Of a DNA stretch of 41,341 nucleotides, positions 9,796 through 19,338 are shown piece by piece. Under the pieces are notes generated by a model. The model saw only the letters and a list, made by a program, of their open reading frames with translations. It did not search any database and was not told the origin of the DNA. Both the position numbers and the translations under genes were made by a program. Origin of the DNA: Paludibacter sp. Its GTDB lineage: Bacteria; Bacteroidota; Bacteroidia; Bacteroidales; Paludibacteraceae. Each line of letters begins with the position of its first letter. The first letter of the stretch is position 1. Location: NCBI GenBank assembly GCA_003250325.1, contig QKGU01000212.1, positions 1 through 41,341 on the forward strand, written 5' to 3'.

Positions 9796-9835
9796 CGCAA
9801 AGGTACTAAAATTGACTGGAATTATCTACTTTTGT
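9796..9835. promoter_or_regulatory. Back-to-back -7 promoter elements for ahcY (TACCTTTG, minus) and tatD (TACTTTTG, plus)
   Basis: Two exact TAnnTTTG matches in divergent orientation. Confidence 0.65.
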
Positions 9836-9918
9836 ATTTAATAATTAAACATAATTATTCGCATGCGGATCTCAATTTATAAATTGAAAGAATAATTATA
9901 GTTTGAAAGCAACGCCTT

Positions 9919-10563
9919 ATGCTTGTCAATATTCATTCACATCAAAATAACAATACTTCTGAAACTACTGTTTTGAGTTTGAACTTAACGGCCGCCGAAA
10001 AAGTATTCAGTTCTGATGAATCCGGTTATTTTTCTGTTGGCTTCCATCCATGGGAATCAAATGAGTTCACAAAGGAAAAAATGTGGCTTCTGGAGAAAAT
10101 AATTAAGGACGACCGCTTTCTGTTTATCGGTGAATGTGGATTAGACAAAAAATGTGACATTCCCTACCAACAACAATTATCTGTTTTCTTGCAACAAATT
10201 GCACTTTCCGAATCAGCGAAAAAACCGTTGATTATTCATTGTGTAAGTTGTTTTAATGAGCTATTTGAGATAAAAAAAGAGCTTCAACCCCAACAGCTAT
10301 GGATCATTCATGGTTTCAGAGGCAAACCACAATTGGCACAACAAACTTTAAAAAATGATTGTGCATTATCTTACGGAGAACATTTCAACGAAGAATCGGT
10401 AAAGCTCACTCCTATCGATAAACTTTTGGTTGAAACGGATGAAAGCAATATGCCTGTAGCAGAAATTTACAACCGCCTTTCCCAAATAAAATCATGTAAA
10501 CCTACCGATTTGACTGCCGGTTATTTACTTCTAAAAGCTAATATTAAACAAAACAAGTTGTAA
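9919..10563 (+). CDS. tatD: TatD-family metal-dependent hydrolase/DNase
   Basis: NIHSH, GFHPW, IGECGLD, IIHC, IIHGF, ETD motifs. Confidence 0.9.
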   Translation: MLVNIHSHQNNNTSETTVLSLNLTAAEKVFSSDESGYFSVGFHPWESNEFTKEKMWLLEKIIKDDRFLFIGECGLDKKCDIPYQQQLSVFLQQIALSESAKKPLIIHCVSCFNELFEIKKELQPQQLWIIHGFRGKPQLAQQTLKNDCALSYGEHFNEESVKLTPIDKLLVETDESNMPVAEIYNRLSQIKSCKPTDLTAGYLLLKANIKQNKL

Positions 10564-10632
10564 TTTTGTTAAACATAACCTTTAAACATATTATAAACTC
10601 TAATGAGGCAAAATTCTTGCAGTTTATTTTTG

Positions 10633-10640
10633 TACTTTTG
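10633..10640 (+). promoter_or_regulatory. -7 promoter element TACTTTTG for the S41 protease gene
   Basis: Exact consensus, 26 nt upstream of ATG 10667. Confidence 0.6.
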
Positions 10641-10666
10641 CAACTCTTATAAAATTTAACATAAGC

Positions 10667-12242
10667 ATGAAAAAAATCAATTTAATCATATTCCTTTCCG
10701 TTTTTTCGCTGGGGATTTTCGCTTTCTTCTCTACAACAACGTAAACTTACAAATGCACTCACTGCCATTTCAAATCTATATGTGGACAGCATTAACGATA
10801 AAAAATTAGTAGAGGATGCACTGGAAGCAATATTAAAAGATCTTGACCCACACTCTTCCTATATTCCCAAAGAAGAAGTGGAAAGAGTAAACGAACCGCT
10901 CGAAGGAAGTTTCGAAGGTGTTGGCATTCAGTTTCAATTACTTGAGGACACGTTGCTGGTTGTTCAAACCATTTCCGGTTGTCCTGCCGAGAAAGTTGGC
11001 GTTATGCCCGGCGATAGAATTATATATATAAATAATGAACTAATCGCCGGCGTAAAACTTCAAAATTCTGACGTAATGAAACGTTTGCGCGGTCCGAAAG
11101 GAACGGAAGTTACTGTAAAGATTCTTCGACACGGAAAGAATGAATTGATGGTATTCAAGATAATCCGCGATAAGATTCCTTTGTATAGTGTTGATGCAAA
11201 CTATATGATTGGAAAAGACATCGGCTATATTAAAATTAATAATTTTGGGAATACAACAGTTGAGGAATTTGAGAAAGCTTTCACTAAGCTGAAAAAAGAA
11301 GGAATGAAAAGTCTGATTCTTAGTTTACAGGGAAACGGCGGAGGTTATCTGAGTGCAGCGATCCAACTTGCCGACGAGTTTCTTTCTGCTGACAAACTAA
11401 TTGTATACACACAAGGACTAAATCAACCAAAATCGGTGGCTGAATCGACTGCTACAGGTAAATTCGAAACAGGAAAACTGATTGTTTTGGTAGATGAATA
11501 TTCAGCATCGGCCAGTGAAATTGTTTCCGGCGCATTGCAGGATTGGGACAGGGCAATTATTGTCGGGCGACGTTCGTTCGGTAAAGGACTTGTTCAACGT
11601 CAGTTCCCGCTAATCGATGGTTCCATGATGCGATTGACAACCGCCCGCTATTATACACCTACAGGACGCTGCATACAGAAATCATATAAAGATGGAATCG
11701 ACAAATACGAACATGATTTGGTTGACCGTTATAACAATGGAGAACTTTTGCATGCCGATAGCATTCATTTCCCAGACTCTCTTCGTTATCAAACACTTAC
11801 ATTAAAACGAACAGTGTATGGCGGTGGAGGTATTATGCCGGATATTTTTGTACCTTTAGACACGACAAAATTCACCGATTATCATCGCAAGATTGTAAAC
11901 CGTGGAATCGTAAACAAAGTCAGCGTTCAGTATATCGACCAGCACAGAGCTGAGCTAAAAAAGAAATATCCAACGTTCGAAAAGTTCAATAAAGACTATG
12001 AAGTGGGCAACGATGTTTTGAACGAACTCAAAAAACAGGCAGAAAACGAGAAAATTGAAATTGATCCCGCTCAGGTTGAATTGTCAAAGCCATTGATTAA
12101 ACTTCAAATAAAAGCGTTGATTGCCCGCGATCTTTGGGAAATGAACGAATATTATAAAATTATGGACGTAGAAAACGAATCATTACAAAAAGCAATTCAA
12201 ATACTCACGACTCCAGGCAAATACGAAGAAATTTTAAAATAA
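10667..12242 (+). pseudogene. S41 C-terminal processing protease (Prc/CtpA family), frameshifted after the signal peptide; body ORF 10782..12242 intact
   Basis: DPHS, PDZ domain, GNGGG, DEYSASASEIV, GRRSFGKG and ARYYTPTGR motifs are intact. Signal peptide MKKINLIIFLSVFSLGIFA from ATG 10667 stops at TAA 10742, while the conserved ...RKLTNALTAISNLYVDSIN continues in the +1 frame. Could be an assembly error. Confidence 0.7.
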
Positions 12243-12251
12243 AACCATTCG

Positions 12252-12301
12252 AAACACTCTAAAGCAATATGTTTTACAAAACAGTTGTTCTTAGGGTGTT
12301 T
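12252..12301 (+). terminator. Long hairpin between the S41 gene and pnuC (terminator/attenuator)
   Basis: AAACACTCTAA / TTAGGGTGTTT outer stem, inner TGTTTT/AAAACA stem, T-rich tail. Confidence 0.6.
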
Positions 12302-12313
12302 TCATTTTTATAT

Positions 12314-12895
12314 ATGTACAACTATTTTTTAGAACACTGGGTAGAGATTACCGGAACTGTTTTAAGCCTCATTTATTTATACCTTTCTATTAAACAGAAA
12401 ATCGGCTTGTGGGTTTTCGGTTTTCTAAGCTCAGCACTTTATGTCGTGGTTTTCTGGCAAAGCAAATTTTACGCCGATATGAGTTTACAATTTTACTATC
12501 TGGGCGTTAGTGTTTACGGCTGGATTAATTGGAAAACGGGTGCACACACGAGCAAAAACGAAATTAGGATTGAAAAAACAAAAATCAAAACTGCTGTGTT
12601 ATTATTTATAACAACAGTTATTATATACTTTATTTATTTTTATATATTAAAGAATTTCACTGATTCACCACTTCCAAAGGCCGATTCTTTTACAACAGCT
12701 TTGAGCATAGTAGCCACCTTGATGCTTGCCCGAAAACTTATTGAAAACTGGCTTTTATGGATAATAATTGATGGAGTTTCCGGCGGATTATACTTATACA
12801 AACATTTGTATCCTACGGCAATATTATTTATTATATACACTATTATGGCATTGGTAGGATATTTGCAGTGGAGAAAGGCAATGACTAAAACTTAA
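12314..12895 (+). CDS. pnuC: Nicotinamide riboside transporter PnuC
   Basis: LQFYY...YGWINW, DSFTTALS, ARKLIENW.LWIIID motifs. ATG 12314 is preferred because the 12269 ATG lies inside the hairpin. Confidence 0.9.
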   Translation: MYNYFLEHWVEITGTVLSLIYLYLSIKQKIGLWVFGFLSSALYVVVFWQSKFYADMSLQFYYLGVSVYGWINWKTGAHTSKNEIRIEKTKIKTAVLLFITTVIIYFIYFYILKNFTDSPLPKADSFTTALSIVATLMLARKLIENWLLWIIIDGVSGGLYLYKHLYPTAILFIIYTIMALVGYLQWRKAMTKT

Positions 12896-12909
12896 GGTAA
12901 AATACACCT

Positions 12910-13863
12910 ATGAAATTTATTTTCCTGAACATAGTATTTCTTTTTCTTGCTTTCTCCAATGGCTTTGCTCAGGGATCGGAATATTGCGGGCCATACAAAA
13001 AGTCAAAACCGATTGTTCTCAGCAATATAAGAGACACCACCATTACAGGACTCAGTATATCAAATCCCAAAGGTCATTGTATTGAATTAAACAACTGTTC
13101 GAACATCACGATTCAGAACTGCAAATTAGGCTATGCCAAAGGTCAGGGCATCAATTTATATAAATGCAGTAACATAACCATTCAAAATTGCTCAATTGAC
13201 TCTGTTGCCACCGGAGTATTTGTCGGTGCAAGTACTGGTATCAGAGTTCTTTTCAACGATGTAAAAAACGTATTTGGTCCTATGCCCCGTGGGCAAATGG
13301 TTCAGTTCGCCGAAGTGTATGGCGAAGGCAATTCTATTAGCTATAACGCGTTCGAAAATATTCCGAGACAAAGCAGCCCTGAAGATGCAATAAGCTTGTT
13401 TAAATCGCACGGAGTTGAGACAAATCCGATTAAAGTCATAGGAAACTGGATAAGAGGTGGTGGGCCATCACAGTCGGGAGGTGGAATTATGACCGGCGAC
13501 ATGGGAGGCTCATATATCCTGGTGCAGGACAATATCCTCGTCGATCCCGGGCAATACGGAATTACAATTGCGAGCGGACATCACATCTCAATAAAAAACA
13601 ATAAAGTTTTTGCACGTCAACAACCGTTTAATAGTGTCGGAATATCGGCATACAAACAATATGCTATCGAATGTTACGCCGATACCATCATGAATAATCA
13701 GGTGAATTACAGGTTTAAAGATGGTAGTCTAAACAACTTCCTGAATAGCGGTGACTTTGGGATTATTTATGGATGGAGTACAAATTATTTCAATCCTCAA
13801 CTCGACTCTGCTCTATTACCCGAAAAAATTATTGGAAGATGCTCAAAAAACGAATTATTTTAA
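12910..13863 (+). CDS. Exported right-handed parallel beta-helix protein (pectate-lyase-like fold), no T9SS domain
   Basis: Sec signal (GFA-Q), repeated CSNITIQNC beta-helix coils. Confidence 0.8.
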   Translation: MKFIFLNIVFLFLAFSNGFAQGSEYCGPYKKSKPIVLSNIRDTTITGLSISNPKGHCIELNNCSNITIQNCKLGYAKGQGINLYKCSNITIQNCSIDSVATGVFVGASTGIRVLFNDVKNVFGPMPRGQMVQFAEVYGEGNSISYNAFENIPRQSSPEDAISLFKSHGVETNPIKVIGNWIRGGGPSQSGGGIMTGDMGGSYILVQDNILVDPGQYGITIASGHHISIKNNKVFARQQPFNSVGISAYKQYAIECYADTIMNNQVNYRFKDGSLNNFLNSGDFGIIYGWSTNYFNPQLDSALLPEKIIGRCSKNELF

Positions 13864-13899
13864 CAAATCATATCCAATAAAGAAAACAATTCCTCGTTA

Positions 13900-13924
13900 T
13901 TACTTATCAAAGAAGGATAAGTAA
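13900..13924 (+). terminator. Hairpin after the first beta-helix gene
   Basis: TTACTTATC / GATAAGTAA inverted repeat with a 7-nt loop; T-run shortly downstream. Confidence 0.45.
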
Positions 13925-14203
13925 CTGCTCCATTTTTAAAATAAAATTCATTTTTTTATTTCCACAATAATGGAATTATTCCTATCTTTGAACAACTTCA
14001 AAACAGCAATTAACAATCAATCACTATTTTAGCTGTTTTTACCCCTCCAAAAACCAACAAATTACTATTAATTCTTGTCATTTTTATTCAGATCGACACT
14101 TCAAAACAATCATCACGACAAAAAGTTTGGATCACTTTTCATAATAAAACATAACAAAATTCAATTTTAAATCAACAAATGCAAAAATAAATAACAATTG
14201 TTT

Positions 14204-14223
14204 GCATTACAAGTTTGTAATGC
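14204..14223. promoter_or_regulatory. Palindromic candidate operator GCATTACAA-GT-TTGTAATGC
   Basis: Perfect 9-bp arms with a 2-nt spacer. Confidence 0.4.
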
Positions 14224-14286
14224 TTTCGATTTTAGCATTTTACAATCATAAAATTAAATATGTATAAAATCGCAAATCAATACCCC

Positions 14287-14302
14287 TGTAGTAATTACTA
14301 CA
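14287..14302. promoter_or_regulatory. Perfect 16-bp palindrome TGTAGTAATTACTACA, candidate operator
   Basis: Self-complementary with no spacer, in a long intergenic region. Confidence 0.45.
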
Positions 14303-14502
14303 AAATGCAATATCAACGGTTATAAACGCTGTTTAAGAGCTCAACCTCCACACACGCTCAAACGACTAAATTTAAAATAGTTAACACTACACAAACCAAT
14401 CCAATTATGATTTAGGCAGCAAAGCACCATTCATTTAACACCACATTCATGTAGCATTAATTACTATAAAAACCACACAAATTCCTACTCAGAAAGGCTG
14501 TA

Positions 14503-14532
14503 TTGCGGGTTTTTCTTTAATTCATATTTTTG
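14503..14532 (+). promoter_or_regulatory. Promoter (-33 TTG, 19-nt spacer, -7 TATTTTTG) for the second beta-helix gene
   Basis: Consensus match; implies the true start is ATG 14566 rather than TTG 14530. Confidence 0.6.
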
Positions 14533-14565
14533 TCACGGAAAAACCACGAAAATTTTCTTTACAAT

Positions 14566-15786
14566 ATGAACAAACAACTTTTATTAATCGCAATTCTCCT
14601 TTTGGCGTTTCAAAGTTTAACTTTTTCACAAGGTTCAAAATACGCCGGACCATACACATCTTCAAACCCCATCTCATTGAGTGGCGTGAGTAATAGAACT
14701 ATTAGCAACTTAGAAATTGTAAATTCTAGTGGACATTGTATCCAACTTACAAACTGCTCGAATATCACTATTCAAAATTGCAAGCTAGGCCCATCAAAAA
14801 ACGAAGGGGTTTATCTTTACAAATGCACGAATGTTACAATCGTAAATTGTACTTTCGATCATAATGATACCGGAGTTTTTGCAGGTGCATCGTCAGGAGT
14901 TGCGATTATGAACAACGATGTAATCAATGTTCAGGGTCCAATGCCTCGTGGACAAATGGTTCAGTTTGCTGAGGTATCCGGAGGAGGAAACCGTATTTGC
15001 TATAATGTGGTTGAAAATACTTTGGGACAAAGTTATCCTGAAGATGCTGTAAGTTTATATAAATCAAATGGTATTGAAGGTGACCCGATACAAGTTGTAG
15101 GCAATTGGATTCGTGGTGGTGGTCCTTCAAACTCCGGCGGTGGAATTATGACAGGCGATATGGGAGGTTCATATATTCTTGTTCAAGATAATATTCTTGT
15201 AAACCCCGGACAATATGGAATTACAATTGCAAGTGGACATCACATTTCAATTAAAGATAACAAAATTTACAGCAAACAACTTCCTTTTAGCAACATTGGA
15301 CTTTCTGCCTACAAACAATATGATATTGAAACATATGCGGATACCATTATGAACAATGAAGTTAACTTCACTTACATGGATGGACAACTGAATAACATGT
15401 TAAACGATGGTAAATGCGGCACTATTTATGGGTGGAGCACAAATAAATATAATGCTTACTTGAATGAAGATGTTTTACCAGATGTAATTATTGGAAAAGC
15501 TTTAATACAGGGAGTTACAACAGAAACTCCAGAGTTGACTACAGACAAAAAAGTTAAGATATTCCCAAATCCTGCATACGACCACTTTGTTGTAAAAACT
15601 CCAAATAATTTTAAAAACAGCAGCATAGAAGTTTATAATATTTCAGGTCAGAAGTTAATGAGCCAACCACTGAATACAGATCAAACAGAAATAGACACAT
15701 CCAATTTATTAGTTGGTGTTTATATTGTAAAGGTTCTCAATGACAATCAGCCTGTAGATCAACAAAAAGTAATGATTCGGAAATAA
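14566..15786 (+). CDS. Right-handed parallel beta-helix protein with T9SS type A C-terminal sorting domain
   Basis: Sec signal; paralog of 12910..13863; C-terminal KIFPNP...VYNISGQ...ID.S.L..GVYIVKV...K.MI.K motif. Confidence 0.88.
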   Translation: MNKQLLLIAILLLAFQSLTFSQGSKYAGPYTSSNPISLSGVSNRTISNLEIVNSSGHCIQLTNCSNITIQNCKLGPSKNEGVYLYKCTNVTIVNCTFDHNDTGVFAGASSGVAIMNNDVINVQGPMPRGQMVQFAEVSGGGNRICYNVVENTLGQSYPEDAVSLYKSNGIEGDPIQVVGNWIRGGGPSNSGGGIMTGDMGGSYILVQDNILVNPGQYGITIASGHHISIKDNKIYSKQLPFSNIGLSAYKQYDIETYADTIMNNEVNFTYMDGQLNNMLNDGKCGTIYGWSTNKYNAYLNEDVLPDVIIGKALIQGVTTETPELTTDKKVKIFPNPAYDHFVVKTPNNFKNSSIEVYNISGQKLMSQPLNTDQTEIDTSNLLVGVYIVKVLNDNQPVDQQKVMIRK

Positions 15787-15800
15787 TATTTATTTACCCA

Positions 15801-15842
15801 TAAAAATCCCTCAAAACCAAATTGATTTCGAGGGATTTTTAT
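15801..15842. terminator. Bidirectional intrinsic terminator between the beta-helix gene and the polysaccharide locus
   Basis: TAAAAATCCCTC...GAGGGATTTTTA hairpin with A/T runs on both sides. Confidence 0.85.
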
Positions 15843-15851
15843 TTTAAACAA

Positions 15852-17228
15852 TCAGTATGCGTTTTTGTGTGCCTTTTTACTGACAACTGTATCCATAATT
15901 ATGCGTAAATCCCAGAAAAAATTCCAGTTTTCCAGATAGTACATATCATACTCTACACGCTTTTCCATTTTCCAAAGCTCATCGGTTTCACCTCTATAGC
16001 CATTAACTTGTGCCCACCCTGTAATTCCCGGCTTAATATAATGCCTAACTTTATAGTAATCAATTAATTCGGAATACTGATCGGTATGTTTTAGCATATG
16101 AGGGCGAGGTCCTACAATTGACATTTGACCTAAAAAAACATTAAAAAACTGAGGAAATTCGTCTAAATTAGACTTTCGCAAAAAACCGCCAATACTTGTT
16201 ATCCTAACATCACCTTTCGTTGCTTGCTTCTCATCCGCATCTTTGCTCACCGTCATACTTCTAAACTTCAAGCACTTAAAAGTTCTGTTATTAATACCGG
16301 TTCTCTTCTGTAGAAAAAAGACCGGACCTTTAGAAGTTAGTTTTATCAAAACAAACAGAATCGGGAATAACCAACTAATAACGAATACTATTACAAAGGA
16401 AGAAAAAACGATATCAAATACACGTTTCATAAAGCGCGATTTCAATCCATCAAGCGGTATTTCCTGAGGATTAAATACAACTAAGGAACCTACTGATTCC
16501 AAATTTTTACTCGATCTCAACCAATACTGATTTTCAGGTACAAATCTCAACCTAACCCCAATTTTATTACATATTGCCAAAAGTTCTTTACTTTTTTTCA
16601 GGTCATTATAAGCTGAAAGAGTCACGAAAATAAAATCAATCTCATTATCCGCAACAAGTTGTTTCAGTTCATTGATATGCCCGATGTGATCTTTATCCTC
16701 TTCCGAAACATCTGCAACAAATCCTACGAAATCATATCCCAACATTGGGTTGTTTTCTAACAGATCTCTTAACAGAAATCCCATTTCATTATATCCGATA
16801 ATTAAAGCTTTATGAACATAAAGACCATTTCTTCTTCGAATCTTGAGGTAAGTATACAAAAAGAAGTAAAAAATTACTTTAGTTACATACAAAAGAGTAA
16901 TACATTCCACCAAAAATCGAAGAGAAAGATTAGATTCAATAAAGAGATTAAAGAGAATAAATGCGGTAATTCCAAAAATCAAAACACGACTGCTGATACG
17001 TTTAACCCTATTAGTAAAACTATCATGTAAATAAAGATTTCGTCTGGACAGCAGAGAATAAGCTATAAACTCCGACAAACTAAACAATAAGAAATAGAGA
17101 CTTAATTCATGCGAATCCAATTGACTCAGAACCGGGCTGGTAAAGTACATTATTCCAATTGTAAAATTCAGAATAATCAAATCAATAGCTAGATAAAAGA
17201 ATCTAAGTTCGGTTTCTTGTAATCTCAT
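15852..17228 (-). CDS. wcaJ: Undecaprenyl-phosphate glucose phosphotransferase (WcaJ-type priming transferase)
   Basis: KRVFDI, KFRSM, LRKSNLDEFPQFFNV..G.MS.VGPRP, KPGITGWAQVNG. Confidence 0.9.
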   Translation of the reverse strand: MRLQETELRFFYLAIDLIILNFTIGIMYFTSPVLSQLDSHELSLYFLLFSLSEFIAYSLLSRRNLYLHDSFTNRVKRISSRVLIFGITAFILFNLFIESNLSLRFLVECITLLYVTKVIFYFFLYTYLKIRRRNGLYVHKALIIGYNEMGFLLRDLLENNPMLGYDFVGFVADVSEEDKDHIGHINELKQLVADNEIDFIFVTLSAYNDLKKSKELLAICNKIGVRLRFVPENQYWLRSSKNLESVGSLVVFNPQEIPLDGLKSRFMKRVFDIVFSSFVIVFVISWLFPILFVLIKLTSKGPVFFLQKRTGINNRTFKCLKFRSMTVSKDADEKQATKGDVRITSIGGFLRKSNLDEFPQFFNVFLGQMSIVGPRPHMLKHTDQYSELIDYYKVRHYIKPGITGWAQVNGYRGETDELWKMEKRVEYDMYYLENWNFFWDLRIIMDTVVSKKAHKNAY

Positions 17229-17369
17229 AAAACAAACAGCAACTGGTTATTAATAATAATTATTTTAAAACTGATACATTAAAGAGGCATTTGTAGCTTC
17301 CTTAAAACAAATTCTGTCATTTCCAGCAAATATTAACTATAAAAAAAGACACGAAAAGTTAGGTGTAAG

Positions 17370-18074
17370 TTATTTTTTAAATTTTTCTGCAAGTATATGC
17401 CGAATAAACAAAGCATTTCCAAGAATATATCTGCGCCACATACGGCGTGGTTCGCTTATAAGGCGATAAAACCACTCAAGCCCCATTTTTATCATCCAAT
17501 GTGGTGCCCGTTTTACTGTACCTGCATAAAAATCGAAGACAGCACCAATACAGCAAACATGTCCAACTCTTAATTCATCATAATTATGATGCGCCCATTT
17601 TTCTTGTTTTGGAGCTGTCATTCCCACAAACAAAGTATCCGGTTGTACGGCATTTACTGTATCAATCATAACCTTGTTTTCCATCTCACTAAATTCTGAT
17701 TTAAATGGAGGAGAATAAGTATAGATTTTCACGTTGGGATATTCTTTTGCTGCGCGATTCTTTATTCTTTGAAGTGTGGATTCTGAACTCCCCAGAAAGA
17801 AGCATTTACCACCTATTGCATCCAAACGCTGCATTTCATAAACAAACAAATCAGCACCAGCTATCTTTTTCAGCTTTTGCCCCGTTAAAAGACGCATCGC
17901 CCAAACTACACTTATACCATCGGGTAAAAGAACATTACTCGATTGAAGAGCCTTGCTAAAATCCACATCCCGTTGCACTGTGTTAAACGAATGAGCATTT
18001 ATAGTGTTAATTAAAAGCTTTGATTGTTTGATATCGTTTAACTGACTGTTGAATAAAGTATAACTGCTTAACAT
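17370..18074 (-). CDS. WecB/TagA/CpsF family glycosyltransferase (GT26)
   Basis: PDGISVVW, GADL, VGMTAPKQEKW, IGAVFDF, RAP.WM..MGLEWFYRL..EPRR. Confidence 0.93.
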   Translation of the reverse strand: MLSSYTLFNSQLNDIKQSKLLINTINAHSFNTVQRDVDFSKALQSSNVLLPDGISVVWAMRLLTGQKLKKIAGADLFVYEMQRLDAIGGKCFFLGSSESTLQRIKNRAAKEYPNVKIYTYSPPFKSEFSEMENKVMIDTVNAVQPDTLFVGMTAPKQEKWAHHNYDELRVGHVCCIGAVFDFYAGTVKRAPHWMIKMGLEWFYRLISEPRRMWRRYILGNALFIRHILAEKFKK

Positions 18075-18173
18075 AATTATTTTTTCTAAAGAATCAGTAA
18101 TTTATATATATACTTTATAACAAGAAAGCCCAATAATAGTTTTGAATAATTACATTTTTATATTAATTTTATT

Positions 18174-19277
18174 TTAGAAACAAATTTTATCTAAAATACG
18201 TATCATCTGCTCTTCAAATTTTTCGCTGGTATACTTATTTTCAAACTTTTGTCGACCTATCTGTCCCATTTGAATCCTCATCTCTGCATCTTTAATAAGC
18301 AGTTCCAATTTTAAGGCTAATTCATCGACATTTCCTTTAGCTACTAAGAAACCGGACTTTCCATCATCAACAATATCAGGTATTCCTCCTTCAACCGTAG
18401 AAACAATCGGCAATGAGAATTGCATTGCCTCAAGCAGAACCAGAGGAAAACAGTCTTTCAATGTTGGGTGAACAAAGATATCAGACTGAGCAAAAATATG
18501 CTCCTTTTCTTCTCCAAACTTTTTTCCGACATAAGTAACACAATCAGTAAGTCCATATTTTTTAACGGCATCTCCAAACTCTTCTGAACTTAAATCACCT
18601 GTTCCTCCTACAAAAGTGCAATTAAAAGATACCCCATTATTTTTCAATTGTTTAAATGCATCAAAAAGAACAAATATTCCTTTCGAAATTATAAGATTTG
18701 ACAAGAACAAAAGCTGCACTATCTCATCCGATTTTTCCGTCCTTTCCAACACATCAACTATTTTTTTGTCATTTATTCCATTTGGACAATAATAAACATC
18801 TTCCTTTTTTACATATTTCTTTATGTCAGCATAAAGATACTCTGAAAGTAAAATAACCTTGGATTTTTTAAAAACCATCTTATACAGTTTATCGTCAAAA
18901 AAAGAATCCTGATTATCCTTTACTCCTTTATTATGAAAGTGATATATTAGTCTTATATTAAACATTTTAACCAACAAAGCCAAAGACGCATCTTTATAAA
19001 AAGGAAGGCATTTGGCAGTTAAAGAAAAATAACAAAGATCGGGTCTGTTTAAAACAACACTCTTAAAAACATGTCCAAATATTGAGAAATAACGAAACAA
19101 CTTGACTATTTTTCGTTTTCCGATTTCATCAATTGTTCTGGATGTACCAAGATTTATATATTTACAATCAAACGCTTCATTAATTGCCTCACTTTGCATT
19201 ATTTGTAAACCCACGTTTGCAGCACCATGTACAGGTGGAGGATAATGTAGAATAAATAGTATTTTTTTCTTTTTCAT
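18174..19277 (-). CDS. Glycosyltransferase family 4
   Basis: PPPVHG, KG, D(CF)PLVLLEAM, GGIPDIV. Confidence 0.92.
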   Translation of the reverse strand: MKKKKILFILHYPPPVHGAANVGLQIMQSEAINEAFDCKYINLGTSRTIDEIGKRKIVKLFRYFSIFGHVFKSVVLNRPDLCYFSLTAKCLPFYKDASLALLVKMFNIRLIYHFHNKGVKDNQDSFFDDKLYKMVFKKSKVILLSEYLYADIKKYVKKEDVYYCPNGINDKKIVDVLERTEKSDEIVQLLFLSNLIISKGIFVLFDAFKQLKNNGVSFNCTFVGGTGDLSSEEFGDAVKKYGLTDCVTYVGKKFGEEKEHIFAQSDIFVHPTLKDCFPLVLLEAMQFSLPIVSTVEGGIPDIVDDGKSGFLVAKGNVDELALKLELLIKDAEMRIQMGQIGRQKFENKYTSEKFEEQMIRILDKICF

Positions 19278-19338
19278 CTTTTTACGAATAACAAATCATG
19301 AAAGCATACAAAAACATTAAAACAATTTATTATTTAAA

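Noticed and set aside
9750-9800. SAH/SAM riboswitch upstream of ahcY
   Set aside because: The leader between the -7 element and the ATG is only about 45 nt and shows no recognisable aptamer.
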